Below, piece after piece: positions 37,818 to 49,127 of a stretch of DNA of 64,000 bases (positions within the stretch are counted from its first letter, which is position 1; every line of letters begins with the position of its first letter). The position numbers and the translations under genes are program-made. Where the stretch lies: assembly GCA_032718475.1 (NCBI GenBank), contig JAUCBJ010006472.1, positions 1-64,000 of the forward strand, read 5' to 3'. The notes beneath the pieces are model-generated. The model did not search any database. It was given only the letters and a program-made list of their open reading frames with translations, and was not told the origin of the DNA. The stretch comes from Nemertoderma westbladi (lineage: Eukaryota > Animalia > Xenacoelomorpha).

Positions 37818-38380
37818 TTAAATAACATCCCAGATCTGTATGCATGAGAATTACCCTAATTCTACCGCTAGTTTTCCATAATGTCACCATGGCAACACTC
37901 ACGCTAGAATTAGAAGCAAGTTAAAGGAACAATAAAAGGCTTGCCCCATTGCGTAGCCTAAGAGGATACATAGCGCACTATTAGTATCCAAAGATACATA
38001 GTAATAACGTGACATTCTGGAAGACACTGACTAACGAACAAATGGCCTGCATGTGTGCAGTAAGTAATGATTGTATGGAATTTGTGCGTTTATAGGTGAA
38101 TGTTACTACTAAAGTGTGTTTACAGTAGCTAATCGCAATTGTAAAGTAGCCCTAACTCTACCGAGATAACCTCAAGTGGATTCAAGCTTTTGGGACGGAC
38201 AGTGGTGGGACTTGTGCCGGTTATCGTTGTCGTGCTGTTGCTACATGTTGGCGTAAACACCGCGACAACGGTATATCGGCGCTGAGAAACCCACTGTCCG
38301 GGGGCAAAGACTAGTAGGCAGCGACGCCCGCTTGCCTAAATATTAACTCATACTGATATTAATAAACTCAGATAGCAGAT

Positions 38381-39881
38381 ATGACGGAATTGATAGAAGA
38401 TGACCTTGGTATTAGAGAGCGATATACTCTACCTTTACAAGCGTTTGTGGATAGCTTGATACGCGGTGAAGCCGATCCGACTATTACGGAGGACGATGGT
38501 CGTTATATCGAACCGCCAATGTCCCAAGAGCAACTTACGCGTGAATTGGACTATCGAAAATTAACCGCTCGCTATACGCATCGTAATGGTACGTATATGG
38601 ACATCCTAACTACCGGCCATCCTATCGATTTACATGATACGGACGATGTATACACCGAAAGGGAAATGGTTCTATTTAAATATCATACCCAGCGGAGTCG
38701 TAACGATAAACCGAGAATAGATCACGAAAATTATATTCGTAACAGGCTGGGAAGACGAACCAATATGCCTAGAATCTGAGGAGATTCAGCCTATCGCGCC
38801 CGGAACAACGACAACGATTACCTCCTAGAATGGTATCAAGGTCCACAGTGTCTCACTGCGTACGATTATCGCCATGCCAACTATGTTTCTCGGCAACATT
38901 GTCGGTTATGCGCATCGAGAGACCATGTTACGCCCATGGACACAAACGTCCGCTGTTCCTATTTCCACGAACAACCGACGATGGAAATTTATTGCGCTTA
39001 TTACAGACTCAATAACTTGCACATTTTTGCGGTTTGCCCTCAATTTATGACTCAATGTCACCATTGTCAACTAAAGGGACGCGCCAGTTTCGATTGCCCT
39101 TTTTAGTCACGATTTGGAAAGCGTAGATGAAATGATCACACTACGTTACATCAGAGCTTGGGAAGCGAACGCTGATTTACATTGTGATTCGCGCCATCGT
39201 TATTATCCTGGACGCGCTTACGAAGGAGTTTATGCGTTCCATCCTTATCTATTCGCTTCTGTCGAACAGAAATCACGCATATCAAGTTATGAACTACTGA
39301 AGCGCGTTGGAGAATGTATTTCAACCAAATATGTGCGCAAATTTCTCAGGAGCATTAATCCGAGTGACATCTATTCTTACAACTTAATAAACTTTATCCG
39401 TCAAGACCCTGCCTATGGAGACTTATTTGTCAACTCACACCCCGAGTTACAGGAAGTATATCGACGGCCTTACGAGTACCGAGCCCGCGAACGCGAGTTG
39501 GAAAGAACCATTAAACCAAGGAAGTTTTTAACTGCCTATGGTCCACCCACGGCCCTCGTTCAGACCACTCGTAAAGGACCCATAAGAGCGGCTGTCTTGA
39601 AACGAGCTCTCAAAGCCGTTAGACCCCTCTCCCCGGACGTTGATGTCAATCAACCCGGTACTTCGACCGGCGGATATACCGACCGTAATCCCATACCTTC
39701 TGATGCAATCATATTGCACCCTTCACCCAGGAGTTATAGCCCTCCTCGTAAAGTGGCTCGCCCCAAAGAGAAAAGGACTCTTGCTAGCTTTAAAAACTGC
39801 ATAAACGCCGTCCGCGCAAGAAAGACTAACTGTTTAGAGTATTTTTATATTTTAGAAACTGTGATTTTGTATATTTTATAG
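38381..39881 (+). pseudogene. BEL accessory ORF with three CCHC-type zinc knuckles (copy 1)
   Basis: One frame from 38381 through a TGA at 38777 to 39105, then a 1-bp insertion into ORF 39114-39881; HCRLCASRDH..C, C..(C/Y)RLNNLHIFAVC, C.HCQLKG(H/R)ASFDC; homologous to 61205-62217. Confidence 0.8.
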
Positions 39882-39907
39882 ACTTAAATCCCATTTTCTG
39901 GGAGCGG

Positions 39908-41112
39908 TGTAAAAGCTTTTGTGGGATAACTGATTCGTTTGCCTTGCTGGCCAGTTCCCCCCGGTCGCTAGAATACTCTAAAAGGGATCTATAGCTAAAA
40001 TAGTGCAAGCTACCAGCTTATTGGCTGATGTGCTGTACGAAGGTATCTGGGTTCTGTTCGATCGGCCAACCAGCTTAGGGAGGTTGCCTCAGCCCTGCTG
40101 TCCGTATCGGCCAATAGAATTTGAGTGGGCGTTGATTTTGACCTATCCCAGAGCTACTGAACTGAATTTCCTATCTGTATGCTCATCCTCTGTGTTGGAC
40201 GGGAGCTTCGGGGAATAAGGGTAGTTGGTATCCTCGTATAGTTATGTAGTCACATGATTCTGTTGTTGTGTTCCCATTTTTCGCCATAACACCGGCCTTT
40301 TGGGAAGAACTCTAGTAAAACTGCTTAAATTATCGAAAGTATAACTGTTATCTAACTCAATCATCTATCTAACTAACTCACTGGTAATCATATTATTCTT
40401 CCGAACTTTACTTATTAATTATATTGTTTGTACTGTTATTTACCGTCAGTTATTAATTGTATCTATTTGTTGATGAATTATTGCCCTTTGGAGAATACGG
40501 ATAAATCACCCAAATTTCCCAATTTTCTTGATACACTACAGGTTAGAGAGACAGGCTATACATAACAATTGCGATTTATATTAATGTGGTGTGTATTGAA
40601 TCTAATGTTATTTAGCAGACCCTACATGAGTCAATTGCTGCTCTCTTTATGTGTGATCAAATTTACTGACAGTCGGCAGAATAGTGTGCATGATTGTGAT
40701 TGGTAACAAAGCATTTCCTAAAGAATGCGCCTTATACTTTAATCATAAGCAGTATCGTTGCGTTTAGTTTAAGTCCTAGTTCTGTTTAAATAGATAGAGC
40801 GCCACGTCCTAAAGGAACTGTTAATATTTCCCGAAAGCCAATAATATCTGTCAGAAATTAATTATTAACGATCTATCGAATAATACAGTAGTTTTACACT
40901 GCAACCTTACAATGCAATAATAAAATTTAAGCATCCGAATTCAGCCTCCCGGGTGTAGATCCATCGGGTGAATGATCGCGCATGGGCTGACTTCGGCTAA
41001 TGTTTTGTTTATTAGCATAAAATATTGTCGTATGCTAAAGGTGTTTTAATTAACTAAAAGACATATAAATTTTGGCAGGTTAAACTGCTAAAGGTCTTCA
41101 AAAGCGCGAACA
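39908..41112 (+). mobile_element. BEL/Pao 3' LTR (1205 bp)
   Basis: TGTAAAAGCTTTTG...AAAGCGCGAACA, preceded by a purine tract; related to the solo LTR at 2308-3526. Confidence 0.85.
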
Positions 41113-42228
41113 AAGGGAGCAGTATACCCTAGGGCTAAATAAGGCTGCAAGTCTATGGTTAGTTGCTTCCAATAATGATGTCATTAGCAGCGGTAAGTAA
41201 TATAAAAACTAATTAATCTAAAAATAGAAACCAATATATAAAGTAAAAGTAATATAATTAATTAAAGTAAAAATAAATACAAATAAATAAATTAAAATTA
41301 AATACAAATAAATAAATTAAAATTCAATACAAATAAATAAGTATTAATAAATAAAAGAGCCACGGTGTCATTTATAACACCCTTTGGGCCACTTTGCGAC
41401 AGTTGCACCACACTGACACCATTGCGTATCGGATTGATTAAACTAGGATAATCAATTAAACCCCAATTATGAGTTGTAAGACACCTATTAGGGTTTAATT
41501 GTACTAATTAATTGATGACACCTGTCAATTAGGGTCTAATTAGCCTAATTAGGAGGTGTCACCCAGACAGTCTGGCGCCAATGACACCCATAGGGTGATA
41601 TTGGGTGTCACCCAGACAGTCTGGCGCCAGTCAGTGGGGTTCAACTGTCGCAAAGCCGCCCAAACATCTACTACTGGCCTACAATCTGGAAATCCTCTGA
41701 TGAAGGCCAAGTTCTTACGAGTCACAGTGGATACTGTACAGTAGGCCTACTTTTATACGGGAGTGAGACCTGGACACTGACAAATTTAATTGAACAACCA
41801 ATTGATGGTTGTTACAGAAAAGACTACTAAAGCCTGAAAAAGACTGAAGTCAACATTGTACAGTATGGCATACCGGTACATTTTGTATTAATATTCGCTA
41901 GAATTAATTAGTGTTATCGCGGATGATGATTTATTTTCGCTGCAATTAAATTATCTGTGATATACAGTAGAAATAAATTTACGCTGTAAACAATTATTTG
42001 GTGAGGTAAACTGATCAATGGCGAATTAATTTGCGATAGAAGCACATTATTTTGTGATAGAAACATGGTACAATACGAACGCAAATCATTCAGTAGGCAC
42101 TGTAATAGACTGGCCCTTCCTAGGCCCATCTAGGTCGTTATATTGATATATTAGCTGGATGGACTGCCTGCAATGTACTATATGCGCATGCGCATGGCTT
42201 ATTATTACAGTCTATTCTAGCCAGTTAG

Positions 42229-42910
42229 TGACTAGGTATGAATCATCAGGGACTACGCCCCTTATGCAGTTACCGTCTGCCGGGCACGTCTTAGGGATTT
42301 CTCTACACCCTGATGAGGTGCATGCAGGCGGCAGAGGCATTCTTTGCGGGTTGCCATAGGGATTATTAATCGGTTCCAAAGAGCACAAGATCACCATCTG
42401 TGGTCAGTTCGTCTTTACATGACCACAGCTGATTAACTAAGGGGTCATTGCGTGAGCTGTCCGGAAATCCTGATTGGACTGCTCGATGAAGAGTGCTATA
42501 GGATTCTTCATTGCGTGCAGTGTGCGCAAGATCCTCTAGCACTGGATCGGGAAGGTGTGTGGAGCCATCAATCGCAGTTTCATCGATAGCTGCTACTGTT
42601 TCCAAGGTAATTGAGCGCACATAGTGAGCAATCTCACCATCCTCCATGCTATCTGTCGGTGTGGGATCATCGACTGGTGCCCGAGATAAAGCATCTGGGA
42701 TGCGATGGGAGCGCCCCTTCTGCCACACTGTAGTGAATGAGTCTTGATTTAAGCCGTTGCAGACGTGGATTTTCCACCGAGTCATCAGGGAATCATCAGG
42801 GACTACGCCCTGACACTGACTTAGGAGTATTCAGTCTACCGGTACTCATCAGCTTATGCAGTTATTATGGCGCTGTGTATTATCTGCTATGCTGCTTTAT
42901 ATGTAACACA
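42229..42910 (-). mobile_element. Gypsy LTR-like sequence with an inserted pol fragment
   Basis: Minus strand TGTGTTACAT...CCTAGTCA resembles the 32001-32175 LTR ends. 42273-42789 encodes GRSHRIPDALSRAP...RLIIP...LHAPHQGVEKSLRRARQTV; 21-bp direct repeat at 42240-42260 and 42790-42810. Confidence 0.7.
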
Positions 42911-42984
42911 TATATGAACTAGATTAGTTCCCCTTATGTTTTTACATGATTGACACTATCTCTTAGTGTTTGTAGTGATCTCCA

Positions 42985-43235
42985 ACAGCACTACAGGCAC
43001 GGCACTGACTGATGGAGAAAGTAAACACGAGGTTTTACCTGATCTATTTTTATGGCAACCAAAACTAGGAAACCGTAGTGGTGGACAACCTGCTATGACA
43101 TATAGACCAACTTCAAATGAATACTTGACACTGGACTTAGGAGAAACGAGATTGCGAGAAATATGGAGATTCGGGAAGCCTGGAAGAATCTAATTTCCAC
43201 CCTCCGAGTTCGTTCCACCTTGTACTGTAGTAGTA
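42985..43235 (+). mobile_element. Degraded RTE 3' end
   Basis: DLFLWQPKLGNRSGGQPAMTY matches NLVLWQPHGVNKHGGQPMTF of the 16.4 kb element; ends in GTAGTAGTAG. Confidence 0.6.
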
Positions 43236-43913
43236 GATACTATTTTAGTTAATGCCATTGATGATAATTATATATGAGAAACTTATTTACTGTTGACAAA
43301 AACTAAACTTGGAGGAAACCTTCAGGCTCCCCTCTCTCAGCTGTCACCTATAAGGCAGTGAGGGCGCCACATTAACTCCCAATGTTGAATACTCCGTAAC
43401 TATCCAACCCTTTCTTTATTCCCCTAGCCGAAGCCAGCTTCCAATTGTGTTGAGTGAGCACTGATGTCTAAAGTGTCTATCATAGGGACACAACAATGCG
43501 ACATTTCTACAGTTTCTTTATGAAATACCTACTTATTTAAGGTGTTACTTGATGTTTACAAATTATTTTTTACAGAATACAATTTGGCAGTAGGCCTACA
43601 TAAACATTTGTAAACTTAAAAAACGTTTACTTAGAACTATATACATTAGTGGCGCAAATTGACCACAAGTAAAAAAATGATTTCCAGCAAAAATTGACCT
43701 CTAGTAAAATAAAGTTTCGTTTATTGTTTTGATTAGAAAACACCGACACAGTAACCTGCTCCTTTCCCTTAATATTTTTAATTAAATTAGATAAAGTTTC
43801 TAAACGTTCTAAACACATATTTTAATGTACTACATGTGGTCATTTTTTTGAGCGTAGATTTCTTAGAACCAAAACCTAGCATCTACTGCAGGCCTACGCA
43901 GAACAAACTACTG

Positions 43914-43928
43914 TATTATATAAATAAA
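43914..43928 (+). promoter_or_regulatory. Possible TATA box
   Basis: TATTATATAAATAAA about 40 bp upstream of ATG 43960; the AT-rich context makes this weak. Confidence 0.3.
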
Positions 43929-43959
43929 CAGGTAAATAAACGATAATAATTATCCCAAT

Positions 43960-44214
43960 ATGGTATCTCAACATATTATTGTACTATTTCTTCTGGTTTG
44001 TGTGGCCAGCTCAGTGTATTCCGCATCTCAGGCTGAACTAGAGGCGGAGCGCGATGCGTGCAACCAAGGGGGACTCTGCGGTGAACACGCCGTAAAGTGC
44101 GAGATATGTCCCGCTGGATGGCAAGGGAGTGCGACATGTAACACAATCTACTGTGTGTGTGAGGATGGGTACCACGATACCATCAAAGAGACTGGCACCC
44201 ATCGCTGCGGTCAG
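43960..44214 (+). CDS. Small secreted Cys-rich EGF-like peptide, exon 1
   Basis: Hydrophobic signal peptide MVSQHIIVLFLLVCVASSVYS; 8 Cys in the mature part with C-x-C-x2-G-Y; donor CAG|GTAGGT at 44214/44215. Confidence 0.75.
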
Positions 44215-45029
44215 GTAGGTTGAAGCACCACTGTAGGCCCTACAGTATGTTAACTGTAATTTCCCCTCTTTTCTTGCAATTTTGTAAGTCGAAAAATATA
44301 TTCTGTGACAAAGATGACAAAGATTTTCAAAAAGGCCTACTGTGCCGGTCGGCATTACCCAGTATCTCAAATTTTGCACAAAATCAAGTGTTTTATGTCA
44401 ATCTTACTCACGACAAGAGTAAATAGGATTTTGAAATTTCAAAAACCGTGTATTACCATTTTTTGTTTCATTCCATAACCCAGTTATCTGATCTAGTTAC
44501 TGTATATAGAAAATATATATAAAAATTACGTACAGTAGGCGTTATACTGTACATAATAAACCCAGTATCTCACTGTTGTGTTTCACTGAAACATTTGCTG
44601 TCTATAAGCCTAAACTCATTTTATAGATGTCTGCAGTTTCGGAATTCCCTTTTTTTACTCATTTCAGGGGAAGTAGGCCTAATTAAATTCTGGTAAATAA
44701 ATTCTGATTTTTGATTGGTTGGCTAAATTAACCAATGGCTTCCCTTGGTTCTGACAAATTGTTGTTTGATTCCATTGCTTTGATCATCAATCGCAGAACT
44801 TCCTAAGTCTTTTGCGTTTTTCTCAAAATGAAAATTGATGGAGATACTGGGTTTTTCAATGATGGGCCGCGGTGTCAGTACTGCTGAGCTGACAGTACAA
44901 CTGGCACAGCCATCCTAAAAACATCAGCGGCCAAATCGTATATAATTACATCTAAAGTATACTGAATGCAGTTCAATATACTGTATTATCTTTTGTTATC
45001 TTTACCCTTTATTTTATATTTATTACCAG

Positions 45030-45047
45030 GATGTCTCACCAAAGTAA
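45030..45047 (+). CDS. Putative exon 2 of the EGF-like peptide (DVSPK*)
   Basis: Long pyrimidine-rich tract ending CCAG at 45029; phase 0 join gives a 90-aa precursor. Confidence 0.4.
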   Translation, partial: DVSPK

Positions 45048-46940
45048 CCGTGTAATACTCTACACTACACCGTGTAATACTTCTCTACATTATAAAGCCG
45101 GGAATTGGTATCAGTCTGTGATGAAATGTGCTTTCCTTCCATCCACAAAATATATATTAACTAATATGTTTTAATTAATAACAGTACCGTGTGGTGTATG
45201 TACATTACACGTACAGTATATTATGGTGTTGAGGTAGATATTATAATGGTATGTGGCTGCAAGGTGGTACATACTTACAGTTTGTATTGCTTTATTTATA
45301 TGTTACGAAATGTTAATGCTTAACTTTATTAAAACTATGACATAAAATATGATATGGTTTTAGCCAACGGCTTTTTGAGTGGTGTAATAATGCAGAGATG
45401 CCGAATGTTTTATCATATGCTTATGATCAGTATTTTCAGACTGAGTTAAATTTACAACCTTATCACGTCAGTCATACAAATAAAATAAATGTTCGGATAC
45501 CCCAACACGTTTGAAAAATTACCTTTCTCGAATTATTATCAAAATTTTTCAAAGATTTTACAAATAGTAAACTCATACCGTCAGCGTGTGAGAAAAAATG
45601 TGGGAAGCACAGCACCTACTAAAAGTTTAGTTATGGGGGTTTTCCTGGGGTGGTGATTCAATTATCAATGTCAGATTTAACGCAGTACTGGGTGTATGTA
45701 TGTCTTTCTGTAAGTTTGTCTGTCTGTCTACGGGCGTCTGACAATATATATGGCCGCAGACTACATAACCCAAATTTTCGTATGATGATTTTTTTCTGTG
45801 ATTTAATTTTCGATTTCAGTTTTCTTGTTTGAAGGAAGGTAGATCTTCTGCCTGTCTGACTGTCCGTATAGTATGTAAATTCAATTTAGCCCCAATATCT
45901 ACAAACTGAATATAGTTCTTTATACAGAACAGGTGAAAACACTAGGATCAAGGCGTGCTATATAGATTACGCCTTGAGTTGACAAGGATACAGTAGAATA
46001 CAACATGGATAGGCGTACACCTCAGTGATTAAAACCAGCAATATTCATTAAACTGTAAGAAGTTAATTAAATTCGAAATTAAAATTTTTAAATTAAATTT
46101 TATTGGACAAAATTTCACGCCCTCTAAAATAAATTATCTAAAATTAATAACTTTTAATTATGCTGTATCCGGTTGAGAAACACCCACCAAGTGGGCTGTT
46201 TAAACGTCTTACGGATGGTTAATGTTAACAACTTGGAATTCAATAAGTCATTTTGGGATGAGATTAATGGGAATATAATGTGTCTCCATGACATTAATCG
46301 GTGGTCAGTCTGACCGGTCAGTCAGTCGGTCGGTTTTTAGTATTTCTGGTGAGTCCGTTTATTTTCTACATTGATTACATTTTTTTTGGGGTGGGGGGGG
46401 GGGGGGGGTGTGGGGTGCGGGGGCGTTGCTATTAAAATAAAATAAAGAGTTTGAACAGTGCATAATAACATGTTTAGGGTTTGAAACAATAAAAATTGGT
46501 GACAATTTGGACATCGATTTGGCTTACTTGTAGTGACTCTCACCTCGGTAGTTAATTTACATGAGATTATTTGCCCTGCATTGGGACACTAGTCGCAAAT
46601 TACAGTTTCCCAAAAATTATTGATTGTGGAATCTCCAATCATAAAACCCAAAATCATAACGATGAAAAAATATAAGACCAAGGTAAACATCATGGGGAAC
46701 TTATATTAAACAGCTGAACTACAATAACGAAAACTGAAACCATATTTACAGTAAATTAGCATCGAATTACTAAATAAAGTCTTTATTGTATTATCTAATA
46801 GGTAGGCCAACGGGTATGGATTGGATATGGAATGCATAATAGTTTTTCTAAAAAAACTAAATTCAACTACTGAAATACAAACAGTCTAGTAATTAGAGAA
46901 GATCAACTGCAATTGATTAATAAATAATTAATTAATATCT

Positions 46941-49127
46941 CTATGGACTGTCAATTAATTCATCTAAATCCACCGTGTCTGATTCGATAATAATACCATT
47001 TCGCAAACGGGATGACCGATATACGTCGGAGCAGTTAGTCGGCAATGGGGCCTCGACAACAGCAGTCCGACGGTCTGGGGAAGTCCGACCATCTCGAGCC
47101 GTCCGACTTCCACACTCTGCGGCGCCGACGGCCGTCCGACCGTTACTATCCGATATATCGAGCAGGCTAACCGAACTGCGACCTTCCGCCGAGCCGCTGC
47201 ACGCGGTGAAGGCATCGCTGCCCGGGATACCCAGTTGGTTAATCAACATGTTGAGGTTGTCCTGAAGGCTCTGCGAGTCTAGAGTACGCATGGGGGTGGT
47301 GACGGGCTCGGGTCTGCTCACAAGAACGTATTCAACCCCTCCGCTACCGTCCATAAGCATCGCCATATCCTCGTTCACACGCACGGCTTGTTGTCCGCAA
47401 ACATTTACTGCATCCATATTCGCTAGGTGACCACTCCTCGCTAGATCACCTTGGGACGTCGTTACTCTGTTACTACTCGCGTATGATTGGACGGCTGTAA
47501 GACTCAAAGACGGTTGACTGACCCGAACATCCTTATCCACCGATTGGTTACCCGCTTTACCAGCGAGGTTCTTACCTTTTTGCCTAACTCCCGAATCGTT
47601 TACCCTTTCTGACGAATGAACCTCCTCCAAACGATCCAATTCCAACAAATGGTTGACGCCACGCCGTCTGTGTTTACTCTCGTGGCGATTGCGAACTATA
47701 ACAGTGCGAAACCTGTCGCCGCAAATGCGACACGCGAAATTGTCCGTAGAAGAGTGCTGATGCATGTGCACCTTGAGGGAACTCATGTTGGCCAGACTTT
47801 TGTTGCATATTTGACACTCGACCAGCTTGAGTTTCTGGGACGCGTGCGTGCGGAGATGGGTAGTGAGCGTCGACTTGACGCGAAACATCCGCCCGCAGCG
47901 CTCGCACCTGTACGGCTTGGATCCCGTGTGCACGAGGAGATGACGCTGCAAGTCGGACGGTTTATCGAAGGATTTCCCACAAACCGTGCAAGTGTGTTTC
48001 TTTTTATGCGAGAAATGGAAGTGATGACTATAAATGACCTCCTGTTGGGCGGCCACGTTGTTTACGACCTGCGTTAGGGGGTCGCTGGCCGCGTATTGGC
48101 CGACAGTTGAACCTATCGGCGCCGTTACGTCCACTACAATAGAACCCAACTGCGGCCGATCTTTACTACTGTTATGGGGTTTATTCACCCGCGTTTTAGG
48201 GCAGGAAACATCTGTAGAGTTACGAGTCCTGAATTCTAACGACTTTGCACTTTTCCCTCGGTCGTACAAACATTTAAACGTATGTCTCTTATAAGAAGAT
48301 TCCGAAATAAACGACTTGAAGCAGATCTTACAGGAGTAGGAAGCGACTTGTTTCTCGCGTTTACGTACGTTCGGACTCCGGTGTTTCTGTGTGCGGATGT
48401 GTTCCAGCAGTAGGGCTCGCGTCTCGAACACGTTGCTGCACAGATGGCAGGCGTGCGGCCGATCTGCGGCGGCGGATTTACGGGACATCCGGCGGGTCTG
48501 GCGTTGCGCCGGTCGGCGGGTGTTGGGGCCGCCGGCTGAGGCGCGGGTTCGCTGCTGGGTGGGAGGCGGGGAGGGGGGAGGGGGTCGTTGGAGGGGGCTG
48601 GGCCCCCTGCCTGGAGGGGGCTCCGTGGGGGGCTCGATGTATAACTGCTCGGATTGCGGGGGGAACAAGCTGTCCGGGTATTGGATTGGGTTACTTTCGG
48701 GAAGTGGCGTTCGTTGCGGCGAATTAAACAACGCCACGGGGTTCACAACGCCGCCTATTTGGTGAGTCCAGTCGTTGAGGCAACTGAAACTCATATCGCC
48801 GGTCGCTAGGTTGCCGCGATCGAACGCCGGCTGCAGGTCGAGCGCTCGCACCAACGCAGACATGTGTGTGTCGCTTAGCAACGAGGTGTCCCAGTTGTGT
48901 AGGTTGAGTCCGTCCACGAGCGCGGAGGAATCCTGTTGCTCATCGAATCCCGTTCCGGAACAGTTGTAGTCCAACATCGAGGGACTCACGTGCAACTCCG
49001 GGAGGTCGGTGCCTGGAGTCCCCGCTAAGGGCGTCAGGGAGGCGAGGGTTGGTTGAGACTGCGGGAACATTGCGGGAGTTGCTTGCTGCACCATAGCTGG
49101 ATTGTCTGGTTGGTTCCGGAACGCACC
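46941..49127 (-). CDS. ZNF236: ZNF236-like C2H2 protein, exon 2
   Basis: Acceptor ttttaacAG| ending at 49128, in frame with ORF 46941-49094; fingers FDKPSDLQRH and FRVKSTLTTH match the ZNF236 finger pattern as recalled. Confidence 0.8.
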   Translation of the reverse strand, partial: GAFRNQPDNPAMVQQATPAMFPQSQPTLASLTPLAGTPGTDLPELHVSPSMLDYNCSGTGFDEQQDSSALVDGLNLHNWDTSLLSDTHMSALVRALDLQPAFDRGNLATGDMSFSCLNDWTHQIGGVVNPVALFNSPQRTPLPESNPIQYPDSLFPPQSEQLYIEPPTEPPPGRGPSPLQRPPPPSPPPTQQRTRASAGGPNTRRPAQRQTRRMSRKSAAADRPHACHLCSNVFETRALLLEHIRTQKHRSPNVRKREKQVASYSCKICFKSFISESSYKRHTFKCLYDRGKSAKSLEFRTRNSTDVSCPKTRVNKPHNSSKDRPQLGSIVVDVTAPIGSTVGQYAASDPLTQVVNNVAAQQEVIYSHHFHFSHKKKHTCTVCGKSFDKPSDLQRHLLVHTGSKPYRCERCGRMFRVKSTLTTHLRTHASQKLKLVECQICNKSLANMSSLKVHMHQHSSTDNFACRICGDRFRTVIVRNRHESKHRRRGVNHLLELDRLEEVHSSERVNDSGVRQKGKNLAGKAGNQSVDKDVRVSQPSLSLTAVQSYASSNRVTTSQGDLARSGHLANMDAVNVCGQQAVRVNEDMAMLMDGSGGVEYVLVSRPEPVTTPMRTLDSQSLQDNLNMLINQLGIPGSDAFTACSGSAEGRSSVSLLDISDSNGRTAVGAAECGSRTARDGRTSPDRRTAVVEAPLPTNCSDVYRSSRLRNGIIIESDTVDLDELIDSP

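Larger units (their letters stand above)
33886..41112 (+). mobile_element. BEL/Pao LTR retrotransposon, 3' half (copy 1)
   Basis: BEL integrase, long spacer, accessory ORF, PPT-like GGGAGCGG, then 3' LTR; collinear with 61205-63986 (minus). Confidence 0.9.
26862..41441. mobile_element. Long-TIR element (arms about 1.7 kb), right arm interrupted by Gypsy and BEL insertions
   Basis: Inverted matches: 26862-27190 vs 41113-41441; 27914-28453 vs 31398-32000; 28456-28587 vs 31140-31271. Confidence 0.7.

Noticed and set aside
38381-39881. env or gag assignment for the BEL 3' ORF
   Set aside because: No signal peptide or transmembrane segment evident; it lies 3' of pol and lacks recognisable BEL gag features.
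41695-41730. Hammerhead ribozyme core CTGATGAAGGCC
   Set aside because: No matching stem II and GAAA downstream.
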